64,000 nt of DNA, taken from positions 301,134,001 to 301,198,000 of the forward strand of contig OZ024740.1 in assembly GCA_964016885.1 (NCBI GenBank), written 5' to 3'. Positions 28,028-43,470 of the stretch are shown here, in pieces. Positions within the stretch are counted from its first letter, which is position 1. The number at the start of each line of letters is the position of its first letter. The stretch comes from Eledone cirrhosa. Lineage: Eukaryota. The translations under genes and the position numbers were made by a program. Below the pieces are notes generated by a model that worked only from the letters and a program-made list of their open reading frames with translations, did not search any database and was not told the DNA's origin.

Positions 28028-28415
28028 CTTTCTTTATTAACCACAAGGGTTTACAGTACATGACAATACAGGATGGTACAAATGGGCATTTCTGCGTGTA
28101 AAAAAACAAAAACAGAGGATGTAACAAAAAAAGAAACAATGAAAAATTCCCCAATAGGGGGGAGACTTCCAAAGGACATTCGTGGAGAAAGCCCATTAAA
28201 AAAGCCACGGTGACCCTGACCACCAGGGCAACTGCCCTCTCCCAGTTTTCCACCTTCAATTTACAGGCACATACTCAAAGTATGCCTCTCTCACCCATCT
28301 TTCAACAAAAAGCTGGGAAGAGAGTACTTCCATCTCCACCCTGATTCTCCTTTTCAAATCAAATTTGAAAAGGTTAATCAGGGCATCACCGAAGAGGTAA
28401 GTGCTCGTCTTCAGA
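28028..28415 (-). mobile_element. 3' fragment of the same Tx1-type LINE family as 18933-24836
   Basis: Clear homology to 18935-19355 (TTTCTTTATTAACCACAAGGG..., LKTSTYLFGDALIN); abuts (TAA)n. Confidence 0.9.
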
Positions 28416-28439
28416 GGTAAGAATAATGTAAATAAATTA

Positions 28440-30060
28440 GTAAGACGAAAATGACAGAGGTTATTAAAATCAATAATAATTAAATATATACGTACACGCA
28501 TCTATATACGTACATAAACTTGCATACGCGAAAACACCCGCCATGCATCCATCTACATGCACGTAGACATAAACACGCGCACACATACATAAACCCGCGA
28601 CACCTGTTCCCGCACACATACGACCGTATACACCAAATAAACATAAAAATATATATATGTGTGTGTATGTGTATAGTTATATAAACGTATATAAATATAC
28701 ACACAACAATACGTTTATATCGCACGCACGCACATACCTACAGTTTAATACACATATGATCACCAAACGTACGTCAAATACAATGTACACATATGCATAC
28801 CGTACATATGTGCAAACTCGCATACACACACACACACACAACAAAATACACATATACACATATACCAGTATATATAATATAATATATACACCTATAACAA
28901 ATACAAGCATATATACCTACGAGAAAGTATAAGTACCATCACAAAACATACGGGTATGGTATACTTACCTATACAAATATGTAATGGTATAAACATAAAG
29001 TATACTTAGCTACCACATCAAGACGTAAATTATCCGCGTATTGTTCGTACTATGAGTTAGGGTATAATGTAGAGCTGTAATAAGGAAGGTGTTATGCCTT
29101 TTATGTTTACAAGTCGAATATGCCTCAGATGTTTTGTTTAAGATGTGACCATTGGCGTAAAGTATTTCCAGGGCTTCAGAGGCGCAAAGATCGCATGGTC
29201 TTTTATTTCCGTTATACGATCTAGGTTTAGCTAGGATTTCGCAGTGTAACCTATAGTGGCTGTGGTGTTCTTTTAGACTCCAGATATAAGCTGAAAAAGA
29301 CGTTATATTTATTCTTAAAGGGTTAAGAAAAGAATGGGTGTGCATGTAAAGACGCTGTTGAATCTATTGGCGGTCAAAATTATATAAGCCGTACGGGAAG
29401 TGGGTGTTTCGACCTTACATTTGAAGACGATGTTACTGGAGAGGCATTTCCCGGAAAGAGGCCAGTCAACCCGATTCCTACAATTACAGTTAGTACTAGG
29501 TACTGGGTTGCACGTGTTCCTACGACTAGGTAATTTATGTGCAAGGTTAGGAGTCGTAGAGTAAGATATGTTAATGGTATTTCTATTTTGTAAATGTTAT
29601 TATATGTATGTGCTGACGTGAAATGCTTCTTAATAAGGGAGAGAAAGATCTTAGCTAATGATGTGGCCACCTCCATATTAAAGGGTGGGTTATACCATAT
29701 AATGTGTCGGGATCTATTTTTCCTTGGTCTATGATCATACTTAGTATGGAGAGGTTGAAGCCTTTAAAAATGCTGTGAATTCCTCAAGAACCTGTCGCAA
29801 GCGTGTGGGCCGCATTTTGTCATGGTCAAAAGACTGTCATCGCGGTAGAAACCACCGCCCACATTGGGGAATACTTCCTTGACAGAGAAAATACGGACAC
29901 GGGCGATAAGATTTGTAACCTCCGCAGAATCGCTGGCGCCCATTTCAAAGTCAGGTTTGATCACTATATCGATCGCGCCTCGAGATGGTCGCTCGAGAAA
30001 TTATTGTAATATGTACAATAAATTCCTTTCGTCGCAACACTGATTCTCTTTTTTCTGTGA

Positions 30061-30062
<2 letters not shown>
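28440..30062 (-). mobile_element. Degenerate, internally deleted Hydra-like PLE
   Basis: MGASDSAEVT, GGGFYRDDSLL, IWYNPPF (29680-29700) and CDLCASE..TCKH motifs in broken frames. Confidence 0.8.
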
Positions 30063-31198
<1,136 letters not shown>

Positions 31199-31225
31199 TA
31201 TATACATATATATATACATATATAT

Positions 31226-31631
31226 ACAACCAGACGATTGTTCATATATTGTCAAAAATTATTTTGTCACACATTCTGTAACCTTTTCAGTGACTGTGGA
31301 TTCTTTTCTTTGTTTTTGTGCCTCTACTTTGTTCAGTCCTACGCCATCTTGTTTTTTGTAGGACAGAACAAAGGAGAGGCACAAAAACAATGAAAAGATC
31401 CCCAGTCACTGAAGAGGTCACATAATGCGTGACGTAAGAACTTTGACAATATATGAAGAATCGTCTGGTTGTGGAACCAACCAACCAACCGAAAATTTAT
31501 AAATTCCTAAATTTATATATTTAATTTATAATAAATTGAAGTGAGACGACTGTTGCGTGTGTTTCTTATTGGCAGCATGACCCTCCCAAAGTATAACAAT
31601 ATCGGTTTCAGCACACGTTTTCAGAAACGAA
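31226..31631. mobile_element. Palindromic non-coding hammerhead element (copy A)
   Basis: Arms mirror around GCCATCTTGTTTTTT (~31341-31356); hammerhead fold at 31400-31474; ends in TGACCCTCCCAAAGTATAACAA plus a ~30-nt tail. Confidence 0.8.
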
Positions 31632-31673
31632 ATATATATATATATACAAATATATATATATATATATATATAT

Positions 31674-34600
31674 TCAGTTATTAGGAGTATTCCAAAGCTT
31701 GGTAGAACAAGTTGTGAGGGAAATTCTCAACATACGTTAAGGTGACTCGACAGGTTGGTAGGGATTCTGTAGTGGAAACACGAACAAACGAGGAGTGTAA
31801 TCAAAGAAGAGGAATAGGACGAAGTTAAACAGTTACAAAATAATTTAATCCACGTATTAACAATTGTTTCATCAGAATTTCAGTCCATTATTGCTACACT
31901 ATGTAATAATAGGCAATCAAGAAAGATACAGTAGCATCCGAATTTTTAAAATACAAAGTTGGAATGACCTTAGGAAATGAAATAAGGGGTAGTAGTGTAA
32001 GATAGAGGAACAGAGAGAGAGAGGGGCAAAAGAGAGGGAGAGAGAGAGAGAGAGAGAAAAGGGATGGAGGTAGGGAGAGAAAGAGAAAGAGATAGTGTGG
32101 TGTGAGAGGATTTGTATAGGGAGGGGAAGGAGGGTTGTGTGCTAAAAGTTGTGATGAGTAGAGGGAGAGAGAAGGAAGATAGAATTTTAAGAGGCATTTG
32201 GAAGTGGACAGGCGAAAGTCTTACCAGAGAACAGATGAAGGAAGAAAGTATTAAATTTCATATATAGTCTATTTTTAGTGGTGTAGAATTGTTATTTAGG
32301 GTAGAAAGATAGGTAGTGTTAAGATTTGGTTGAAGGTTTGAAGTGTGAGAATTTCGCTTTCAGTTTATGCTGGCAAAAAATTGACCTTTCAGTTTTGTTG
32401 TTGAGTAGTTGGTGGCTTGAGCTTAGGATATGGAAGAGCTCATTATTACACAACGGGCACGTTTTCATCCCACTCCGGTATGGAGGAGCATGTGAGAGTT
32501 TGGTCCATTTAATGGTGTATTGTCGGTTACTCCCTTTTAAGTGCCAACTTTTGTCGGCGAGAGTCGTTACGTAACGGTGTTGGTGGTGCTTTATTGCGTA
32601 ACGATGCCTGTACCAACGAGTTTTGAAGGTGTTTGCAGTGCTGCCTATGTAGTGCCAGGTTTGGTTGCCCGACTCAACCGAGCACCTGTACACTACGTTT
32701 GAATGCAAACATTCGTTATTCAATGGAGTAGTCTATGGAAGGTGGTAATTACAATTTCTGTTATGGGCAGTGGTGGAGTTATAGGTGGGCTGGGATGTGT
32801 GTGTGAGTGTGTTTTGTGCATACTGATTGTTAGTGGGTGGTTGTGTATTAGGTGTATTATTGTGTTGAGTGATTGGCGTGTTGTTGTTACGGAGTTGTTT
32901 GGCGTTGAGCATCTTAATGTGTGCGTCTAGGTTTGGTGCAGTGGAATAAGATAGTCTAATTGTTTTGGTATTAAGTATACTACTATATTTATGTGAATTT
33001 GGAAAGTGTTTTTTTATAATTTTGTAGAATGAGGAAGGTAAGTTAGAGCTAATTGAAGAGTTAAAAATAGGATTATACCAAATGTAAGATCTACTCCGTG
33101 TTCTGTTTTGCTTTGATATTGCTGTTGTATTTGTGGTGTGGTTAGTATTAGGGGGTCTAGGTGCCTGTGTGTGGGTGTTTGTGCGGCGTTTGGCGTGTTT
33201 GTGGTTATGTGTTTTATGGTTGTGTCGGTCCATGTATTCTAGTTTGTCGGTGTGGCCAGCCCGTTCTAATGCAGTGTTGTAGTATTCAGCGTGTTGATCG
33301 AATATTTGTTGGTTAGATGAGAGGCGGGATATTCTAAGTGATATACTATGTGGCACGGACCTTATAATAGATAGTGGGTGGTTAGAGCTAGTGTGGATGT
33401 AGGTGAGGTTCTCATTGTTTTTGTGAAAGGGTGTGATAATTTGGGTGTTGAGGTTGAAGGTGGCATCTAGGAAGTTAACTACTTTGATACTATATTCGTA
33501 GGTGATTTTAAGGCCAAGGCTATCTAGGGTTCTTCGAATGCTCTTACGGGTTCGCTCTTTTTTTTTGTATATTCATGTTTTTAACTAATAGGAGAGCGTC
33601 ATCTCTATATATTCCGCCTTGAAGGTAACTAACTTTATTATGTAAGGTGTGGGCTATGTATATACCAACAATATCCGTAACTTGTGCTGAGTCATTAGCA
33701 CCCATAGTTATGTCAAAGTTATCTATTCTATCCTTACGTATCCAAAAGTTATTTTCAAATTTAATTATCGTCTTTCTGGCTGCTAGGATAATGTTTATTT
33801 CGTCGTCGATTAAGTCAGAGCTGGCTTTTGCAAATTCTAGTGCCTTGTTTAGAGTATCGGGTGATATGGTGGAGTAATAGTCATTAATGTCGAATTGTAT
33901 AAAGTTAGAGGTATTTTTGTTATCTATACTATTAAACCATTTAATTGTGTCGCTAGTCTTGTCCCAAAGTTTAATAACTAGTTTATTCCTTAATTGTATT
34001 ATTATTCTATCTAAAATATGCTTGCTAATTTTACCTATGTCTGACTTAGATGGGCATATTAATCTAATAGTGGGTTTATCTAGGAAATCTAATTTGTGGT
34101 CCTTAAGATTAAAGGTGGGGGTGCAAGTTGTGATGGGCTCAGTTCTATCTTCAAGTTCTAGACTTTTGACAATATGGTGTGCTTGTTTGTTGATGTTAAG
34201 TAGTGCTTTGTTATTGGTTTTCTTATATTTTTTATGTAATTCCTTCCGTATTAGGTCGTGGTAGGTATTAATGTCCATTGTGTACACGTTAGATGTTTTA
34301 TCCGCTTTGACAATAATCTCGTTAGTGGTGCGCAGCTTGTTTAGAAAGGTATCCATGTCTTTATGAAGCTTGTTGGTTTTGAACTTGTTATATTTAGTAT
34401 TCATGACCATTTTAAGTAAGTCCTGTTCGAAGGCGTCCAGTAGAGGGTTAGTGGGTGGGTTTTTACAGGAGTTGAATCCATGTGTATTCTTTCCAGAGTT
34501 CGCGGTATAATCCTTACGTCCTTTGTCGAAGTGGAATGTTTTCCATCTGACGCGGCGTATGAAATCGTTGGTGCGCTGGATCATTCCAAGAGTGTAATCC

Positions 34601-35108
34601 TTCCTTTTGGGTAAAGGTATGTTCTTTAGGGACATACCGATGTAATATTTTTCCATGTCCAAGGCGTAAGTTGAAGTGGTGGCTCAACCAGATAGGAGCA
34701 TAAATTCAGTTATTAGGAGTATTCCAAAGCTTGGTAGAACAAGTTGTGAGGAAAGTTCTCAACATACGTTAAGGTGACTCGACAAGTTGGTAGGAATTCT
34801 GTAGTGGAAACACGAACACACGAGGAGTGTAATCAAAGAAGAGGAATAGGACGAAGGTAAACAGTTACAAAAGAATTTAATCCACGTATTAACAATTGTT
34901 TCATCAGAATTTCAGTCCATTGTTGCTACACTATGTTATAATAGGCAATCAAGAAAGATACTGTAGCATCCGAATTTTCAAAATACAATTGATTGCCTAT
35001 TATAACATAGTGTAGCAATAATGGACTGAAATTCTGATAAAACAATTGTTAATACGTGGATTAAATTCTTTTGTAACTGTTTACCTTCGTCCTATTTCTC
35101 TTCTCTGA
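31674..35108 (-). mobile_element. Full-length Hydra-like PLE with direct pLTRs (31674-31954 / 34705-34987) and a short inverted 5' arm (34988-35108)
   Basis: ORF 34662-33544 (SLKNIP, ADKTSN, FIQFDINDYYSTI, ITMGANDSAQV, YRDDALL) continues by frameshifts to 33356-32733 (IWYNP) and GIY-YIG 32723-32319. Confidence 0.93.
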
Positions 35109-35130
35109 TATATATATATATAAATATATA

Positions 35131-35618
<488 letters not shown>

Positions 35619-36166
35619 TAAACGGAATAGAAAATGCTGACAAATTGTTCACAGTTGAAAAATGGTTTAATTAAGAATAAAAGAGTATTAGTGATTGTAT
35701 GGGTTAGTATTCAGTTGTGGTTTTAAGTTTTTAAGTTTTTACCGGTTGCGCATTTCTAAATGCTTTTCAAAAATAATTTTGAGATAGAGAGTCCGTGCTG
35801 TTTGCTCTGATATGATTAGTTTTGGGAATTCTACCTGTTTTTATGTTAAAAGAGTGGCTCCAGCGTTATTTTTGTGTTGCAAAGATGCTTGTGGTCAAAA
35901 CAATTTTGATTGGTCGGTAGAGGTCATGTGGATCAAAAATTGGTTTGCCACCCACACCCAGCGCATCAGCAAGGAATCTTACTTCATTAACAAATACGGA
36001 CCCCGTCTAAACACTTCTCCCTAAGACGAACCCACAACATACACACGTCAAAATACATACCTACATCAGCACACATCTCTACCCACATATAAACACAATG
36101 ACACACGTAAACACACATGCTCTATGGTGCAATACAAAAAAATATATGTGCATATATATGTATGTA

Positions 36167-36211
<45 letters not shown>

Positions 36212-36354
36212 AATATATGTATGTGTATATATATATAGTGAATATCATTTCACACCTTTTATTGTTAAGATTTTTGATGTTCTATTAAGAGAACCGATTT
36301 TACTGAAAAAATCGAATAATGTACACCATTTTACCAGGGGGAAAAAATACTGGT

Positions 36355-36395
<41 letters not shown>

Positions 36396-36447
36396 CACAA
36401 ACACATACACACGCGTACATCAACATACAAAGAGACTTATACACACA

Positions 36448-36492
<45 letters not shown>

Positions 36493-37152
36493 AACTTAAT
36501 AGCCATTTGACACACATCGCTGCGGACCATTATCGCAGCCTCGAACACCTTACTACTACTACTACACACACACCACACACACACACACATACACACACAC
36601 ACACACACATATTTGTTGTGAAAGAGTCATTTCTCAATCTTGGCGCAAAACCAATTTTTTATCCACATGACCTCTACCGACCAATCAAAATTGTTTTGAC
36701 CAAGAATTTTTGCTGGAGCCACTTTTTTAACATAAAAACAGTCTTGGCGCAAAATCAACTTTTTACATTCACATGACCTCTACCGACCAATCAAAATTGT
36801 TTTGACCACAAGCATTTTTGCAACACAAAAATAACGCTGGAGCATCTTATTTAATATAAAAACAGGTAGAATTCCCAAAACTAATCAGATCAGAGCAAAC
36901 AGTACGGACACTCTATCTCAAAATTATTTTTGAAAAGCATTTAGAAATGTGCAACCGGTAAAAACTTAAAAACTTAAAACCACAACTGAATACTAACCCA
37001 TACAATCACTAATACTCTTTTATTCTTAATTAAACCATTTTCCAACTGTGAACAATTTGTCAGCATTTTCTATTCCGTTTACCAATATATAATAACTTGT
37101 GTGTTACACCTCTATTCTTTTAACTATCATATCCCCACACGAGATACAGAAA

Positions 37153-38462
37153 ATGCAAACAAAAACGGATACAACCCTCATCAACTCAAATGAAGAGATC
37201 CTACAGGAACTCAAGAAAGTTAACACCAACCTATCCTTGCTGGTCGACAAACTTGACTCCACAAATAAGGAAACCGCCACCGGATACAAACCCTCCGAAA
37301 TCGGCGACAAACTCCAAAACATTTGCGATACTATCCAAACTATATTCACTACTACTATCCCAGGAAAAACCAACGAAGAACCATGTGAGATTGATTTACA
37401 CAAAATGAAAATTCGAACAATTCCAAAATGGAACAAATCCCTCAGAGACAGAAAGTTCTCATTCTGGAAGATGATACAAAATCACAACAAAGCAGAGATA
37501 TATGAAAAATGGCTTAACTCAACCCCTCTAACTCTCCCCCGTAAACTACAAATAAAGTCCATTCCAAATGAACCCGAACCTCATTGACACCTTAGGGAAA
37601 GAATGGCATTGGAAAAAATGAAGACAGAAATTGAACTTCTTAAACTGAGGGCCCAGACAAATGAGGAAAAAATCAAAACCATCGATGAAGAGATCCTCTT
37701 GGAAATCAACAACAAAACTGAAGGCCCCAAGGTAGAGAAGATCTCCAAATTATGGAAAGGGGAGTGCAACAGAGAAGAACTGAAATCCCTTCAACGCTGG
37801 GAAAAAAGTGCCGCTTGGTTCCTACACTATGAATCGACTTTTCAAACGGATTACACCTCCAATAACCCGTTCATAAAAATAGGAAAACCCATAACTGAAC
37901 CGCACAACAACTTCTCAAACCCCCAAGCCTCAAACAAACGAAGAAGGAAGCACCACACCGAAGATGAACTTCCCAACCTCGCTACCATAAGAAGGAACAA
38001 AAACCCAAGAAATCATCTCCCCCAGAATGACATTTACAACTTTCCCCCTTCAAGGAGACACCATACCAAATCACTCAACTACTAAGCGGATTCCACATCG
38101 TCAAACATAGGGAAAAGATACCACCGCCATGATAGATGCAACAACTTCCCCGCTTCAAGGGGATAGCAAGGTAATTACCATTTTCTCAACTCTTACTTCC
38201 ACAATACACAAAAAACCCACACCACACGATACAACCAACAACGTAGGCCACTTATAACACCACAATACAACATGGCACATAGAAACACACACCATACTCG
38301 CAGTACAGGAACACCCCATTCAATCTACAACCACCAACCCGAACCACATTTTACAACAACAAGGAATATAACAAACACAGGAGACCACTTAACATCAGCA
38401 GACAACCCCTCTAGCCCAACCATTTTTTAGACACAGCACACAGATACAGGCAAACAAAATAA
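37153..38462 (+). pseudogene. PLE ORF1: predicted alpha-helical/coiled-coil protein with low-complexity H/N/T/R-rich C-terminus
   Basis: ATG ~26 nt after the 5' pLTR; ORFs 37099-37587 and 37603-38085 share one frame, interrupted by TGA 37585, TAA 38083 and TAG 38164; heptad-like K/E/L pattern. Confidence 0.7.
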
Positions 38463-40748
38463 CACAAGACAGGGAGGAGAAACCGATAGTAATAAAAATT
38501 ATCAATCTTACTAGTGCAGAACCAACACCCAACCTTATCAACTTACTCTCCAAAGGTCTTAAATTCACACCGACCCCACTACCACCTAACTACTATGAAA
38601 TGAAGGAAGACATCACAGACTTCTGTAGAAAGTTACGACTTAGTGAACAACTATTCGACCAGTACAATGAGGATGAATCATTAGCCAGAAATAGAAGCAA
38701 TTACACCCCTTCAAAAGGTAGAAATAAAATACTGGACGAATTCTGTGAACACATCACAGACTTCCCTTACCAACACTTGCACAGACAAAAACACAAGCCA
38801 AACCTAAACAAGAAAGAATGGGAAGAATTAAATAGATTAAAAACCGACAGAACCATTACAATTAAAGAGGCTGATAAAGGGAGTACAGTAGTCCTAATGG
38901 AGACGGAATTCTATATCAACTTAGCGCTCTCCACTTTGGAAAACGAAACATACTACGAAAAGGCTGAAAACTACAATCAACAGAAAATTATGAGAAACCT
39001 AAAAACTCTAATCAACCAATACAAAGAAGGACTCACTAACAAGGAATTCAGCTTCATCACAGACTTCACAAGTAAATCCAGTCTTTTCTACGGTATCCCT
39101 AAAGTACATAAAAGCGAATCAATCAGTAAGGCATGCAAGGAAGCCACAGACATAGTCATCAATGTCCTCTCACCCAATGATCTCAAATTAAGACCTATAA
39201 TAGCAGGCCCCGCTTGCGAAACGCACCGTCTTAGCAACTTCATTGATACCCTTCTCAAACCCTTCCTCAAGCACATCAAAAGCTATTTAAGGGACGATCT
39301 AGATATGCTCAATCACCTCCCTAATATGTCACTTTCTGAAAAAAACCCTACTAGTGACGTTCGATGTAGTCAACCTATACTCCAACATCCCCCACAACCT
39401 AGGAATAGAAGCTATCCAATTCTGGCTGGATAATTTCCACAATGAACTCCCACAACGCATCAAAAAAGAATTCGTGATAGAGGGACTCAAATTTATCTTG
39501 GAGAACAACTACTTCGTTTTCAATAACAAAACCTACAGGCAGAAATCTGGGACCGCTATGGGAACGAAAACAGCCCCTACTTATGCCAACCTAGTAATGG
39601 GATACCTGGAAATCACCCTCTACACTAAAGTCCTAAACAAATTTGGAAACACCCTCCACTTACACATTGAAAAGAACTGGAAGCGATATCTAGATGACTG
39701 CTTCATCATTTGGCACGAAAACATCGAAAAACTTAAAGAATTTCACACCCTTATAAATGGGCTCAACACAAATATTAACTTCACGATGGAATACAGCCAT
39801 CAACAACTCCCCTTCCTCGACATCCTCATTAAGATCCATAACAAAAAGATAGAAACAGACATATACTACAAGCCCACAGACTCCAAGCAATATCTCCCCT
39901 TCAACTCTTGCCACCCTAGACACGTTAAAATGAATATTCCCTACAACTTAGCCAAGAGAATCTGTACTATAGTCTCCAATAAAAACATCTGCTACTTACG
40001 GCTACAAGAACTAAAGGACACACTCATGGGCAGGGACTACCCTGCATCACTAATTGACAATGGAATCCAACGTGCCCTAAAACTCAGTACCCAGGACCTT
40101 CGACACCCTAAAGTAAATCAACCAAAACTAAAAGCTCTTCCATACATCTCCACACACAACCCCATCAACAATGAGGCCTTTGACACCATCCTCCAGAACA
40201 TCCCTGTATTGAAAAAGGACAATAGAATGAACCAAATTCTACGAACACACGATATCATAAAGAGCAAAAGACAATCCAAGTCAATGAAAAACATCTTAAC
40301 ACATGCCAAAGTACTGCCAACCACAACAACGAAACCGACAGTAAAAAAATGCGATAGACCCAACTGTGGCATTTGCATCAACCTAATAGAGGGTTCGGAA
40401 TTCTATTTCAAAGATGGACAACGTTTTATAGTAAAACACAATTTCACATGTGCATCGGAAAATCTAACATATGTATTAACTTGTTCAGGTTGTCGAGAAC
40501 AAAACATAGGCCAGACCAAAAACAGCCTCCGCCAACGCATGACTGTCCATAGATCCCAAATTAAAATACGGGAATACAGGAAAATACCACTGAGTGAACA
40601 CATTGATACCTGTGCCGCCCAAAATCATCCCAACTTCAGAATCTTTCCCCTCTACAAATTTAAAGATAATGCCACCCACACCCAGCGGATCAGCAAGGAA
40701 TCTTACTTCATTAACAAATACGGACCCCGTCTAAACACTTCTCCCTAA
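38393..40748 (+). CDS. PLE reverse transcriptase + GIY-YIG endonuclease (one frameshift at ~39340)
   Basis: Frame open from 38393 (first ATG 38600) to 39433; continues in 39354-40748 after an A-run indel. Confidence 0.9.
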
Positions 40749-41284
40749 GACGAACCCACAACATACACACGTCAAAATACATACCTACATCAGCACACAT
40801 CTCTACCCACATATAAACACAATGACACACGTAAACACACATGCTCTATGGTGCAATACAAAAAAATATATGTGCATATATATGTATGTATATATGTATA
40901 TATATATATATATATGTAGTGAATATATGTATGTGTATATATATATATAGTGAATATCATTTCACACCTTTTATTGTTAAGATTTTTGATGTTCTATTAA
41001 GAGAACCGATTTTACTGAAAAAATCGTATAATGTACACCACTTTACCAGGGGGAAAAAAATAGTGGTCCACCCACACACAAACACACACACACATATATA
41101 TACACAAACACATACACACGCGTACATCAACATACAAACAGACTTATACACACACACACACACACACAAGCACTTCTCCGTATAAGACAAAAGCTGAAAA
41201 ATATCTTTTGACATGCTAAAATACCCCCCATTGCTTTCATACACATTCTTACTGACCTTCGAATTACTCTGCTATATACACACA

Positions 41285-41375
<91 letters not shown>

Positions 41376-41832
41376 ACACACACACACACACACTTATCTT
41401 AATAGCCATTTGACACACATCGCTGCTGGCCATTGTCGCAGCATCGAACACCTTACTACTACTACTACACACACACCACACACACACACACACACACATA
41501 CACACACTCACACACACACATATTTGTTGTGAAAGAGGCATTTCTCAATCTTGGCGCAAAACCAATTTTTTATCCACATGACCTCTACCGACCAATCAAA
41601 ATTGTTTTGACAAAGAATTTTTGCTGGAGCCACTTTTTTAACATAAAAACAGTCTTGGGGCAAAATCAACTTTTTACATTCACATGACCTGTACCGACCA
41701 ATCAAAATTGTTTTGACCACAAGCATTTTTGCAACACAAAAATAACGCTGGAGCCACTTTTTAACATAAAAACAGGTAGAATTCCCAAAACTAATCAGAT
41801 CAGAGCAAACAGTACGGACACTCTATCTCAAA

Positions 41833-41875
41833 ATTATTTTTGAAAAGCATTTAGAAATGCGCAACCGGTAAAAAC
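41833..41875 (+). ncRNA. Degenerate hammerhead-like motif in the Neptune pLTR (also ~36925-36965 and inverted ~35735-35775)
   Basis: TTGAAAA-GCATTT/AAATGC-GCAA-CCGG-TA: topology retained but both core boxes deviate. Confidence 0.4.
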
Positions 41876-42052
41876 TTAAAAACTTAAAACCACAACTGAA
41901 TACTAACCCATACAATCACTAATACTCTTTTATTCTTAATTAAACCATTTTTCAACTGTGAACAATTTGTCAGCATTTTCTATTCCGTTTACCAATATAT
42001 AATAACTTGTGTGCTACACCTCTATTCTTTTAACTATATATATATATATATA

Positions 42053-42190
42053 TTGTTTTGCGAGGACCGAATAAATTAGATTACCGATATAAAAGACACA
42101 GAAGCGAAAAGCGAATACCAACCAAACAGTGAGTGTGTTCTGTTATTAATTCTGGCAATATTACACAAATGTGACCCTCCCCAAGTATAA
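42053..42190 (+). mobile_element. Naiad-like PLE 3'-end fragment (inverted partner of 35131-35268)
   Basis: Reverse complement of 35134-35268 with a few substitutions. Confidence 0.85.
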
Positions 42191-42194
42191 TAAT

Positions 42195-42251
<57 letters not shown>

Positions 42252-42254
<3 letters not shown>

Positions 42255-42782
42255 CATTTCTGAAAACGTGTGTTGAAGCTGATATTGTTATACTTTGGGA
42301 GGGTCATGTTGCCAATAAGAAATACACGCACCAGTGGCTTTCACTTCAATTTATTATAAATTAAATATATAAATTTAGGAATTTATAAATTCCCGGTTGG
42401 TTGGTTGGTTCCACAACCAGACGATTGTTCATATATTGTCAAAGTTCTTACGTCACACATTATGTGACCTCTTCAGTGACTGGGGATTCTTTTCTTTGTT
42501 TTTGTGCCTCGCCTTTGTTCTGTCCTACAAAAAACAAGATGGCGTAGGACAGAACAAAGTAGAGGCACAACAACAAAGAAAAGAATCCACAGTCACTGAA
42601 AAGGTCACATAATGTGTGACGAAAGAATGTTGACAATATATGAACAATCGTCTGGTTGTGGAACCAACGAACCAACCGGAAATTTATAAATTCCTAATTT
42701 TGTAAATTTAATTTATAATAAATTGAAGTGAAATTATCTGGTGCGTGTGTTTCTTATTGGCAACATGACCCTCCCAAAGTAT

Positions 42783-42789
<7 letters not shown>
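42252..42789. mobile_element. Palindromic non-coding hammerhead element (copy A', opposite orientation to copy A)
   Basis: ~245-bp arms around AAAAAACAAGATGGC (~42530-42544). Hammerhead fold 42587-42661: CCACAGTCA-CTGAAAA-GGTCAC/GTGAC-GAAA...GTC^TGGTTGTGG. Confidence 0.85.
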
Positions 42790-42824
<35 letters not shown>

Positions 42825-43232
42825 CAAGGTGTATTATTGGTTGTGCAAAATGGTCCAATAAATTTTTGTTAGCAATATTAAGTTCCCCACGCCTTAGTAT
42901 ATCTCCAATTCCATTCAAGGGAACAGCTAGATGATGTAAAACGGAGTATTAGTATCAACATGAAAATCCGAAGGCAAGGTAACATTTCCATTCATTTTAA
43001 TCACGACACATAATTCAATAAGAGATAGATCGATTGTGAAGCCATGATCAATTATCACTGATATCATCAGGTGAAAATGAATTGTCTTCAAATTCTTGAT
43101 ATGAGGGAGAAAATTAGCAATGTTCACTCACAGAGTTTATTCCCTCATATGAAGATCTAGCAGTCAAAATTAAGGTCATAAAACTATCAAATTTCTATAT
43201 CCCAATAGGTGCAAAAGACGTTGGTCATCAAT

Positions 43233-43470
43233 CAAATCTGTAGAAATACAGTCGGTCACAGTTAATGTGAGTGGGTACACACACACTCAACACCCACACA
43301 CACCGACTCGAAGTCAAAGAAAAATATATAAATATATATACACACATCAACACAGTTTCAAATCTGTAGAACTATAGACGGTCACAATTAGTGTGAGTCG
43401 GTACACACACACTCTCACACACACCGAAGCGATGTTAAAGAAAAACAATAAATATAAGAATATACCAACA
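43233..43470. repeat. Imperfect ~125-bp tandem duplication
   Basis: AAATCTGTAGAA..CGGTCACA..GTGAGT.GGTACACACAC at ~43234 and ~43360. Confidence 0.75.

Noticed and set aside
36660-36850. Repeated CACATGACCTCTACCGACCAATCAAAATTGTTTTGAC as a CRISPR-like array
   Set aside because: Only two ~107-bp tandem units per pLTR with similar intervening sequence, in a eukaryotic context with no cas genes.
37585-37587. ORF1 TGA as readthrough or selenocysteine
   Set aside because: Further TAA and TAG stops occur in the same frame; decay is the simpler explanation.
35946-42037. Direct repeats as true LTRs of an LTR retrotransposon
   Set aside because: No TG..CA ends, PBS, protease or integrase; the repeat includes the end of the endonuclease ORF, as expected for a PLE partial tandem.
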